Assembly (NCBI GenBank): GCA_002771475.1
Contig: PCTH01000078.1
Location: forward strand, 1-51,536
Source: Candidatus Omnitrophica bacterium CG22_combo_CG10-13_8_21_14_all_43_16
Lineage (GTDB): Bacteria; Omnitrophota; Gorgyraeia; Gorgyraeales; Gorgyraeaceae
Length of the DNA stretch: 51,536 nt
Direction: 5' to 3'
In this document: in pieces, positions 36,751-44,553 of the stretch
Layout: each line of letters begins with the position of its first letter
Numbering within the stretch: position 1 is the first letter of the stretch
Made by a program: the position numbers and the translations under genes
The notes under the pieces: generated by a model
The model's database searches: none
What the model was told of the DNA's origin: nothing
What the model saw: only the letters and a program-made list of their open reading frames with translations

Positions 36751-37329
36751 TTATAGATTCTTACTGAGCAAATTCCAGGTCTTCGGCCCCACCACTCCGT
36801 CAGGTACAAGGCCTTTTGACTTCTGGAAATCTTTTATTGCCTGCCTGGTCCTTGGCCCTATCTTGCCGTCCAATGAGCCCGGATCAAACCCCGCGTTTTT
36901 CAGGGCCTGCTGTATCTCTTTTGTGGTTGGCCTGAATTCCGCCTTTGAAGAGTCATCCTGCCTGGCAGACCTTATCTTTGAAACGTAATCTTTTTTAGAC
37001 TCCAGGATTTCTTTTGTCCTTCTTGTCTCCTCCAGCTGCATCAGGGTAATTTTATCTATATAACCCGTGCTTTTCACACCGATGGATTCCTGGTATATCT
37101 TTATCGCATCGCGTGTTTCTTTGCCCATCCTGCCGTCGGTATTACCGGGCACATATCCCTCGTTCTGCAAAATGACCTGTATCTCTTCAATTTTTGGATT
37201 AATGATATCAATGCTGCCTACCAGCTTTTCTTCCTCCCTCTGATACTGAACCGATTTAGGCACAATATTGCATCCGCAAAAAGATACTATTGCCAGGATA
37301 GATACAATAAGATAGATTTTGGCTCCCAT
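36751..37329 (-). CDS. exported protein with two peptidoglycan-binding (PG_binding_1) domains
   Basis: Signal peptide ending in Cys (ILAIVSFCGC). Two repeats: DGRMGKETRDAIKIYQESIGVKSTGYIDKITL and DGKIGPRTRQAIKDFQKSKGLVPDGVVGPKTW. Confidence 0.8.
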   Translation of the reverse strand: MGAKIYLIVSILAIVSFCGCNIVPKSVQYQREEEKLVGSIDIINPKIEEIQVILQNEGYVPGNTDGRMGKETRDAIKIYQESIGVKSTGYIDKITLMQLEETRRTKEILESKKDYVSKIRSARQDDSSKAEFRPTTKEIQQALKNAGFDPGSLDGKIGPRTRQAIKDFQKSKGLVPDGVVGPKTWNLLSKNL

Positions 37330-37355
37330 GCTTCTCCCCCTTTTGATTTTTGGCT

Positions 37356-37384
37356 ATTATATCAAAAAATCAATGTAAAGTGAA
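37356..37384 (-). promoter_or_regulatory. extended -10 promoter for 36751-37329
   Basis: Minus strand reads TTCACT (37384-37379), a 17-nt spacer ending in TGa, then TATAAT (37361-37356). Confidence 0.4.
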
Positions 37385-37393
37385 GGTTTTAGT
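37377..37393. repeat. 17-bp direct repeat, left copy (AAAGTGAAGGTTTTAGT)
   Basis: Matches 37770-37786 (AAAGTGAAGATTTTAGT) at 16 of 17 positions. Confidence 0.8.
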
Positions 37394-37769
37394 ATGTTAT
37401 TTGAATAAATAGGTAATGCATCTTTAATAGTCAGCCCTAGCAGGTTTTGAGAAAAGCCTCGCCGATTCGAGCGGGCACGGTGTCCTGCGGTAGCTGGGGC
37501 CATTCGGCGCTGAAATAATTTCGCCGTCCGCTACGGCTTACGGCTCATTTTTTATACCGAAGGCAGTCTTGACGGTATAAAAACTTCGTCGTAATTCCTT
37601 GCGGACTTTTGCCGAAATTTTTCTAATGTGCCTCAGACCCCAGCTGCCGCAGGACGAGCGAGAATCGGCGCGGAGCGAAGGACGCCACGCTGGGGCAGAC
37701 GAGCGTCTTTTCGTAGGCCTGCCAGGGCTGGCTATATCAATTAATGTTATTCAATATTAAAAGTATTAC
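37394..37769. mobile_element. 376-bp non-coding insertion (candidate MITE-like element or structured-RNA locus) bounded by 17-bp direct repeats
   Basis: It has no ORF. AT-rich ends each carry TTATT(T/-)(G/C)AATA. The core is a GC-rich 307-bp imperfect palindrome (37428-37734). Confidence 0.45.
37428..37734. repeat. 307-bp GC-rich imperfect palindrome
   Basis: Arm pairings I verified: 37428-37444 with 37718-37734; 37460-37468 with 37662-37670; 37482-37499 with 37638-37655 (17 of 18); 37503-37508 with 37611-37616; 37526-37531 with 37601-37606. The central hairpin is TTTTATACCG-(13 nt)-CGGTATAAAA (37550-37582). Confidence 0.85.
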
Positions 37770-37794
37770 AAAGTGAAGATTTTAGTGATAAAAT
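37766..37794 (+). promoter_or_regulatory. extended -10 promoter for 37801-39027
   Basis: TTACAA (37766-37771), a 17-nt spacer ending in TGa, then TAAAAT (37789-37794). The predicted TSS falls at or next to the GTG start. Confidence 0.35.
37770..37786. repeat. 17-bp direct repeat, right copy
   Basis: AAAGTGAAGATTTTAGT; see 37377-37393. Confidence 0.8.
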
Positions 37795-37800
37795 ACACAT

Positions 37801-39027
37801 GTGCTAAAGCAAATTATACCCTCAAAGATTTGCCTTTCATGCGATGTGTGCTGCAGGTTCCCTGATGAAGATGCCGGCCTGGCCCCGGTTTTTCTGCCTC
37901 ATGAAATAAAGCCCGGCAGGGTAAAATTAAAACCTTGCGGGGATATTTATATTTGTCCTTTTTTCAAAACCAAAAATAAAAAATGCTCTATCTACTCAAA
38001 AAGGCCCCTGGACTGCAGGCTGTATCCTTTCGCGATAATGTTTGATGAAAAACGGGAAAGAATTATCCTGGGAATAGATAAAAAATGCCCTGTCAGCGTA
38101 AATCCGGCTTACGAGGATTCTATAAAAAATTATTTCCATTATCTGGTTGATTTGCTGGAGCAAAAAGACTTTGCTTCTTTAATAGCCAAAAATCCCGCTT
38201 TTATAGGAAATTTTCAGGAAGATGTCGCGCAATTTTCCTGTTTGGACACCCTCACGAAACTGATCGTAAATAATCCTGAGAAAAACGGATTTAAAGAAAT
38301 CTCTTCGGAGGACAAGCCGGAGTTTGACAGCTTCTTTGAGAAAATAGAAGCCCCTGATTCCGGCAGTAATTTTGTAAATCTATACATCTGGAAAGAAAAA
38401 AATCCTGTTTGGTGGAAGAAAACCGGTGATGATCTTGAAATACTGCTGGAAACAGATTTCGGCTACATGGATTTCAATTCCCTTAAAAAATTTCCTGACT
38501 ATACATATCTCACTAAAGCCGTTAGTGAACTTAAAGGCAATAAATATAAACACAAAAGAGCTAGTTGCAATTACTTTGCAAAAAATTATAAGTTTCAATA
38601 CCTTCCCTATAAACAAAGCATGAAGAATGATTGCCTCAAGCTTTTCTCTAAATGGTCTCTGGGGAGGAAAAAAGCATTTTCAGACCTTTACTACCATAAG
38701 CTCCTGGAAGACATTTTTTCCGGCCATAAACTTGCCATGGAAAATTTCAAAGAGCTCTGCCTGACAGGGAGGGTAATAAAGATAAGGGGGAAAATCGCGG
38801 CTTATACGTTTGGATTCGAGATCACAAAAGATATGTTTTGCGTGTTGCTGGAAGTCTGCAATTTAAAATTCAAAGGTATTTCGGAATTTATTTTCAGGGA
38901 ATTCTGCAGGGAAATGACTCGCTATAAATACATCAACACCATGGACGATTCAGGCCTGGAAAACCTGCGGATCTCCAAGCTCTCCTACCACCCTATTCCC
39001 AGCATATGCGGTCGAAGTCGCAGTTAG
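37801..39027 (+). CDS. fusion protein: YkgJ-type cysteine-cluster domain + DUF2156 (MprF C-terminal/FemAB-like acyltransferase fold) domain
   Basis: N-terminal CLSCDVCCRF...CPFFKTKNKKCSIYSKRPLDCRLYPF is the YkgJ/UPF0153 pattern. The C-terminal half (SNFVNLYIWKEKNPVWW...KHKRASCNYF...GKIAAYTFGFE...GLENLRISKLSYHP) resembles DUF2156. GTG start. Confidence 0.6.
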   Translation: MLKQIIPSKICLSCDVCCRFPDEDAGLAPVFLPHEIKPGRVKLKPCGDIYICPFFKTKNKKCSIYSKRPLDCRLYPFAIMFDEKRERIILGIDKKCPVSVNPAYEDSIKNYFHYLVDLLEQKDFASLIAKNPAFIGNFQEDVAQFSCLDTLTKLIVNNPEKNGFKEISSEDKPEFDSFFEKIEAPDSGSNFVNLYIWKEKNPVWWKKTGDDLEILLETDFGYMDFNSLKKFPDYTYLTKAVSELKGNKYKHKRASCNYFAKNYKFQYLPYKQSMKNDCLKLFSKWSLGRKKAFSDLYYHKLLEDIFSGHKLAMENFKELCLTGRVIKIRGKIAAYTFGFEITKDMFCVLLEVCNLKFKGISEFIFREFCREMTRYKYINTMDDSGLENLRISKLSYHPIPSICGRSRS

Positions 39028-42000
39028 CGCATTTATCCTTATCGCGCTCCGGAAGCTTTTCAAAACTCAGGTCCTGTATATTTCTCCACGTATTTTTTAT
39101 AATGCCTGTCATTTCATCCACCATGTCTCCTGTAAGCGCGACTTTGAATTCTGTCGGCTCGCCCTGTTTTATCCCGTATTTTCTTAAATCCTTTTTCGCG
39201 GGCTGGACAAAGACAAGCACCCCGTGGCTCACAATCATAGATTTATCCTGCCGGGTTTTATCCCGTTCGTATAAAAGCTTATAGCACACCAGCTGCCTCA
39301 GGTAACTGTCGCACTCTTCGCCTTCAAGGCTTCCCGCCCCAAGAATCCCCTTCGCGTGTTTATTGGGCTCGCCTGTTTTATAATCAACAACCCTCGCAAG
39401 ATTATTTTTCTCGTCTTCTAATTCCAATTTATCGTATTTACCGGTAAAGATAATGCCATCTATATTGACGGGCATCCTGTTTTCCAGGCCGATAGGCTTT
39501 ATGGGATTTTTGGAAGAGCCGGCGTGATATTTCCTGAGGCCTTCGAATTGTTCCTTGCACCTTAATTCCACGGCCTTTTCCGGCCCCTGGAACTTCAGCG
39601 CCTCCAGGAATTTTTCCCTGAAAAACTGGAAATCAGGAAATTTCTTTATCCTGACATATTCCCTGTATAAACTTTCCAGGCCGGCGTGCACTGCGTTGCC
39701 GAACATGAGGCTCTGCTTCTTTGCCGAAGGGAGCATCAGCACGTTATCGTAAAGGAATTTGCGCCTGCACCTGAGATAATTATCCAGGCTTGTGGGGTTT
39801 AAGGGCATGTCTTTTACCATGTCGGCCAGGACCTCTTCGGTCCCGATAAAAGGCTCCATGAGATTTGTTTTCTCAAGAAAGCTCGCAAGGATATCTTCTT
39901 CTTTTAAGTTGAGCGTTTTCGGCTTTATGCCGAGCCTGTATAGAAACGCGCTGGAAACAGCGCTTTCATCAGGGCTGGCCGTAAAAATAATATTACTTTT
40001 CGCCCTTGATACAGCCACGTAAAAAAGCCTCGTTTCGTCATGAAACATAAGTTCTTTGACTCTTTCTTTATCCGGGGTCTTCTCTATTGATTTTATCAGC
40101 TCGGGCGGAAAAGGAATCGCATCTGTCCTGGATTTTATAGGCCAGCTTTTATCCTGCAGGCAAAACGGGATTATGACGCTGTGAAATTCCCGGCCCTTGG
40201 AACCATGCGCCGTGAATATCCTGACACCGTTCTGAGTCATTGTCACAAGATCTCCTTCAAGCGGCATGCCATGTTCATTCATTGTTCTTATATCTTCTAT
40301 AAAATCCTTTAGTGTCAGGCCTGGTTTTGACAGGTCGGAACTCTTTACCTTGTTGACAAAAGATGAAAGCGCCCTCAGCTCCCTGATCCTCACCACATCG
40401 GATTTATCATATTTTTCCAAAATAAACTTATAGATACCGGCTTCTTCTATATATTCCAACAATACTGTATGCGCCGGCTTGTACTGCGCGTTATCTATAA
40501 GCTTTTTTATTATATCCCCGGCATTTTTCAGAGGCGCTGATAAGTCAGCGGAATTTAAAAGTTCCAATAAAATCTTAGCGTCTAGCTTGTTCCTTTTCTT
40601 CTTATTCACCCTGGATATAAGGCCCAGCACATCTACGAGCGGGATCTTAAAGTAATCGGCCGTGAGGATCTTATACAAAATCCTGTCCCTGTCTTCGTAA
40701 TTTTCCGGATCCATGCCAGCAAATTCCAGGACATCCAGCATCTGCCTGACCCGCGGCTCGGGCCGTATATCTTCTTTGCCGTCGGTAGCGTATGGAATCC
40801 CCGCCTGTAAAAATTTATCTATGATCCTTAATATCAAATCCCTTCTTCTCACTAAAATCGCTATGCTATTGTATGGATTTTCTTTTTCTTCCGGACTGAC
40901 GTCTTTTGAAGACTCTATCTGCTCCTTGAGCTCCCTGACCTTTTTTACAATAAAGTCCAGCTCTTCGGATTCTTTCGTAAATTCATAGTAATCTATCGAT
41001 TTATCTTTAAAGTCTTTTACATTTACCAGCTGTTTATCCCCGGTCCTCTCCTCCACAGGCACTTCTTTTATCAAAGACTCTACCAGGCCTATTATCTCTT
41101 TTGTAGACCGGTAATTACTTCTCAAGGATATAGTTTCCAGATCCTTGAATTTCTTTTTAAACTCTCTAAAATTACCGACGCTGGCGCCCTGAAACCTGTA
41201 TATAGACTGGTCATCGTCCCCTACGCAGCATACATTGGGGCTGTTTCCCTTTAATATAGAAAATAATAATTTAAGCTGGGCGCCGTTTGTATCCTGAAAC
41301 TCGTCCACCATAAAAAATTTATACTGCTCCTGATATTTTTTCTTTAAAACGCTCTCTTTGTTTAAGGCATCAACGGCCATCATTATCATATCGTCATAAT
41401 CATACCTGCCCCGCTCGTCAAACACATCTTTATTTCCGCTTATTTTGAGTTTTTCGTACTGGTCATAGATAATAGCGAGCGCTTTTATCCTGGGGATATG
41501 TTTTTCCTCTATATGCGCGCCGTCGGGGGTCAATGTCTTTACGTATTTCAGGAATTCTCCCGGGCTGACGCCTTCTCTTTTAAGGTCGCTTATCCTTTTC
41601 TTTATGTCTTTGATATAGTGGTACGGGGCGTTAAAAGGCCTTATTTCAGAAATGCCCTGGCTATGGTCTAAAATATATTCCAGCGCCTTTATCTGGTCTA
41701 TATCTTCTATCTGCACCCTTTCCTGGATATAATTGGCAGCCTCTTCAGAATCCATAAGGATCGCATTAGCAAAACTGTGGAATGTCGACACGTGGACATC
41801 ATACCCTTCAAATCCTATGATTTTTGCGAGCCGCTCTTTCATTGTTTTTACCGCGGGATTTGTGTATGTAAGTATAAGGATATTTTCAGGAAGGGCTTTT
41901 TTCCGGCGTATTATATTCGCGGCGCGGATAGAAAGTATCTGGGTCTTTCCTGTACCCGGCCCTGCCAGAACCAGCACCGGGCCTTCAATAGTATCTACCG

Positions 42001-42052
42001 CCTTTTTTTGCTCTATGTTTAATTCTTTATAAAATTTCTCGAAATCTTCCAT
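38993..42052 (-). CDS. UvrD/PcrA-type SF1 helicase fused to a C-terminal PD-(D/E)xK (Cas4/AddB-like, Fe-S) nuclease
   Basis: Walker A AGPGTGKTQ and motif II MVDEFQDTN. Also FTAHGSKGREF and FYVAVSRAK. The nuclease tail carries VVDYKTGEP, RQLVCYKLLY and the cysteine cluster CANCDFDRIC. Confidence 0.85.
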   Translation of the reverse strand: MEDFEKFYKELNIEQKKAVDTIEGPVLVLAGPGTGKTQILSIRAANIIRRKKALPENILILTYTNPAVKTMKERLAKIIGFEGYDVHVSTFHSFANAILMDSEEAANYIQERVQIEDIDQIKALEYILDHSQGISEIRPFNAPYHYIKDIKKRISDLKREGVSPGEFLKYVKTLTPDGAHIEEKHIPRIKALAIIYDQYEKLKISGNKDVFDERGRYDYDDMIMMAVDALNKESVLKKKYQEQYKFFMVDEFQDTNGAQLKLLFSILKGNSPNVCCVGDDDQSIYRFQGASVGNFREFKKKFKDLETISLRSNYRSTKEIIGLVESLIKEVPVEERTGDKQLVNVKDFKDKSIDYYEFTKESEELDFIVKKVRELKEQIESSKDVSPEEKENPYNSIAILVRRRDLILRIIDKFLQAGIPYATDGKEDIRPEPRVRQMLDVLEFAGMDPENYEDRDRILYKILTADYFKIPLVDVLGLISRVNKKKRNKLDAKILLELLNSADLSAPLKNAGDIIKKLIDNAQYKPAHTVLLEYIEEAGIYKFILEKYDKSDVVRIRELRALSSFVNKVKSSDLSKPGLTLKDFIEDIRTMNEHGMPLEGDLVTMTQNGVRIFTAHGSKGREFHSVIIPFCLQDKSWPIKSRTDAIPFPPELIKSIEKTPDKERVKELMFHDETRLFYVAVSRAKSNIIFTASPDESAVSSAFLYRLGIKPKTLNLKEEDILASFLEKTNLMEPFIGTEEVLADMVKDMPLNPTSLDNYLRCRRKFLYDNVLMLPSAKKQSLMFGNAVHAGLESLYREYVRIKKFPDFQFFREKFLEALKFQGPEKAVELRCKEQFEGLRKYHAGSSKNPIKPIGLENRMPVNIDGIIFTGKYDKLELEDEKNNLARVVDYKTGEPNKHAKGILGAGSLEGEECDSYLRQLVCYKLLYERDKTRQDKSMIVSHGVLVFVQPAKKDLRKYGIKQGEPTEFKVALTGDMVDEMTGIIKNTWRNIQDLSFEKLPERDKDKCANCDFDRICWE

Positions 42053-42061
42053 AATCTATTT

Positions 42062-42628
42062 CTACAGCGTTCTGCCGATTGAAAAAGCGTCGCCCAGGTA
42101 TTTGCCTATGCCGTGATAAGCGCAAATCTCCGGATCGTATAATATAGGCCTTATCTTTTCAATATCAGGAAGTTCGTTTTTCCCGAGCGCGCTCTCCTCG
42201 CATTTTACATCCAATATCTCGCCTATAAACTGCGTATGCAGGCCTATCTCAATTGCACTAGTAACCCTGCATTCTAAAATAAGAGAAAACTCCTTTATAT
42301 AAGGCGCGTCTACAAGATCGCTTTTTACCGGGGTCAGTTTTGTTTTGGCAAACTTATCTTCATTCCTTCCGGAAACAATACCGAAATAATCCGCTTCTTT
42401 GATGTATTTTTCGGAAGGGACGTTGACTGTGAAGGCCTTTTTATCCATGATATTCCCGTAAGAATAAGTCGCCTTTCTTAAAGATATGCCCACTGAGGGC
42501 GGTTTGGAGCAAACAATGCCTCCCCACGCAACAGCTGCGCCGTTTGGTTTCCCGTTCTTATCATACGTGCCTATAATCCAGGTAGGCGTAGTAAACAGAA
42601 GCGCTTTAGCGCCTAATGATTTTTTCAT
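42062..42628 (-). CDS. flavin reductase family protein
   Basis: PTWIIGTYDKNGKPNGAAVAWGG...PPSVGISLRKATYSYGNI...FGIVSGRNEDKFAKTKL...ECRV...HTQFIGEI fits the COG1853-type flavin reductase-like fold. Confidence 0.7.
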   Translation of the reverse strand: MKKSLGAKALLFTTPTWIIGTYDKNGKPNGAAVAWGGIVCSKPPSVGISLRKATYSYGNIMDKKAFTVNVPSEKYIKEADYFGIVSGRNEDKFAKTKLTPVKSDLVDAPYIKEFSLILECRVTSAIEIGLHTQFIGEILDVKCEESALGKNELPDIEKIRPILYDPEICAYHGIGKYLGDAFSIGRTL

Positions 42629-42705
42629 ATAAACCCCCTTTATCTATTGCAGGATATTATAACACTCTTACCCAAAGACGTCTACTTCACTATGAGAGTC
42701 TGTAT

Positions 42706-42734
42706 TTGACAGATGTATTATAATTGAGTATAAT
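42706..42734 (+). promoter_or_regulatory. consensus sigma70 promoter of the NSS transporter gene
   Basis: TTGACA (42706-42711), a 17-nt spacer, then TATAAT (42729-42734). The ATG is at 42743, only 8 nt after the -10, and there is no SD. Confidence 0.6.
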
Positions 42735-42742
42735 TTTTCTAT

Positions 42743-44296
42743 ATGAAAACCAGGGAAACATGGAAGTCTAAACTCGGAATCATAATGGCTGTTGCGGGAA
42801 GCGCGATAGGCCTTGGGAACTTCCTGCGTTTTCCTGTCCAGGCCAGCCAGAACGGCGGCGGGGCATTCATGATCCCGTATTTCATATCCCTCCTTCTTCT
42901 CGGCATACCTCTAATGTGGGTGGAATGGACCATCGGCCGTTTCGGCGGAGGATTCGGCCACGGCACTGCGCCCGGGATCTTCCATAACATGTGGACAAAA
43001 AACAGGTTCATAAAATATTTCGGGATAATCGGGATATTCGGCCCTCTTGTAATATTTATTTACTATACCTATATAGAATCATGGACATTCGCATACGCCT
43101 TTTTCTCAGTAGCGGAAAAATACGGCCAGGCAACAACCCAGGGCAGCATGGTATCGTTTCTAAAAGGTTTTCAGGGTATTGAAAAAAATAATTTCTTTTC
43201 CGGCATGCAGTGCGCTTATGCATTTTTCCTTATCACGTTTTGCCTCAACATGTTTGTCATATATAAAGGCATCTCAGGCGGGATTGAAAAATTATGCAGA
43301 ATCGCCCTTCCGAGCCTTTGTGTATTCGGGATAATACTGGCCGTAAGGGCATTGACATTCGGCTCGCCTGATCCCATGAAACCAGACTGGAATATAACAA
43401 ACGGCCTTGGGTTTTTATGGAACCCTGATTTCAGCGCCCTAAAGAGCGCCAAGGTCTGGCTCGCGGCAGCAGGCCAGATATTTTTTACATTGAGCGTAGG
43501 CATAGGCGTGATACTCACTTACGCAAGCTACCTGAAGAAAACTGACGATGTAGTGCTTTCAGGCCTCACATCCGCCAGCGCGAATGAATTCGCGGAAGTG
43601 ATACTCGGATCCTCTATCATAATACCGGTCGCATTCGCGTTTTTCGGACCTGTCGAGATCCAGACGATTGCAAAAGGCGGGGCGTTCAATCTAAGCTTTA
43701 TCACAATGCCTTTGATATTCCAGAAGATAAACCTGGGTGCGTTTTTCGGGTGCATCTGGTTTTTGCTTTTGTTCCTCGCGGGAATCACCTCTTCCATATC
43801 CCTGGCGCAGCCCAGCATAACCTTTCTGGAAGATGAATTCAACATCTCCAAGAAAAAAGCCGTCATTATTTTCGGCATTGCCAGTTTTATCCTATGCCAG
43901 CCTGCGATATTCTTTTTGAAAAACGGGGTAGTGAACGAGCTGGATTTCTGGGGAGGCACTTTCTGCCTGGTATTATTCGCAACCGTAGAGATTGTCCTTT
44001 TCGGCTGGATATTCGGAATTGAAAAGGCCTGGGAGGAAATACACCACGGCGCGGATATGCGAGTGCCTGAAATATATAAATTTATAATAAGGTACGTAAC
44101 GCCTGTATTCTTATTTCTAATACTGGGTTTCTGGATGTATCAGGAAGGCATTTCCACGATATTGATGAAAAATATTTCCCAGGGCGATAAGCCTTATATA
44201 TTGGGCACAAGGCTTATGCTCCTGGGGATATTTATCGCGCTAGCGATACTTGTAAAGATTGCCTGGGGGAAAAGGAAAATCAGGGTTAAAAAATAA
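42743..44296 (+). CDS. sodium-dependent transporter, NSS/SNF family
   Basis: WKSKLGIIMAVAGSAIGLGNFLRFPVQASQNGGGAFMIPYFISLLLLGIPLMWVEWTIGR is the NSS TM1/TM2 signature. About 12 TM segments. Confidence 0.9.
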   Translation: MKTRETWKSKLGIIMAVAGSAIGLGNFLRFPVQASQNGGGAFMIPYFISLLLLGIPLMWVEWTIGRFGGGFGHGTAPGIFHNMWTKNRFIKYFGIIGIFGPLVIFIYYTYIESWTFAYAFFSVAEKYGQATTQGSMVSFLKGFQGIEKNNFFSGMQCAYAFFLITFCLNMFVIYKGISGGIEKLCRIALPSLCVFGIILAVRALTFGSPDPMKPDWNITNGLGFLWNPDFSALKSAKVWLAAAGQIFFTLSVGIGVILTYASYLKKTDDVVLSGLTSASANEFAEVILGSSIIIPVAFAFFGPVEIQTIAKGGAFNLSFITMPLIFQKINLGAFFGCIWFLLLFLAGITSSISLAQPSITFLEDEFNISKKKAVIIFGIASFILCQPAIFFLKNGVVNELDFWGGTFCLVLFATVEIVLFGWIFGIEKAWEEIHHGADMRVPEIYKFIIRYVTPVFLFLILGFWMYQEGISTILMKNISQGDKPYILGTRLMLLGIFIALAILVKIAWGKRKIRVKK

Positions 44297-44305
44297 TACA
44301 ACTTA

Positions 44306-44491
44306 TCAGTCTATAATTATCGCCTCGACAGGGCATTCATCTTTAGACTGCTTTGCGCTTTCTTCGCTCGCGGCAGGAACCACGCTTACTTTCGTGATTG
44401 CCTTATCGTCCTTCATCACAAAAATATCAGGGCAGGTATTAACGCACAGCCCGCACCCAACGCACAAATCCTCATCTACTCTTACTTTCAT
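44306..44491 (-). CDS. small 4Fe-4S ferredoxin
   Basis: 61 aa with CVGCGLCVNTCP...ECPVEAI. The SD GGAGGA is upstream. Confidence 0.85.
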   Translation of the reverse strand: MKVRVDEDLCVGCGLCVNTCPDIFVMKDDKAITKVSVVPAASEESAKQSKDECPVEAIIID

Positions 44492-44553
44492 ATAATCCTC
44501 CGGGTTAAATTATCCAAGTATGATATATTTGAGCCTGTTTATTGTCAATAAAA

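Noticed and set aside
37394-37769. Retron msr/msd, group II intron remnant, 6S RNA, RNase P, tmRNA or SRP RNA as the identity of the GC-rich palindrome.
   Set aside because: No reverse transcriptase or intron ORF is nearby. I could not find the conserved cores: GGAAAGTCCGGGC-like for RNase P, the tmRNA ends, the SRP GGAA motif or group II domain V. At ~307 nt it is too long for 6S RNA. It is kept as an unclassified element in the findings.
37394-37769. The 376-bp element as a deletion derivative of the IS at 11165-12618.
   Set aside because: The direct-repeat lengths are similar (17 versus 18 bp). However, the element's ends (ATGTTATTTGAATAAATAGG... / ...TTATTCAATATTAAAAGTATTAC) do not match the IS termini (GTCA-N-CCAAA...AATGTCCTAT) beyond what AT-rich chance would give.
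42739-43011. 90-aa minus-strand ORF overlapping the start of the NSS transporter gene.
   Set aside because: It is antisense to a strongly supported gene, P/R/W-rich, and has no motif or SD.
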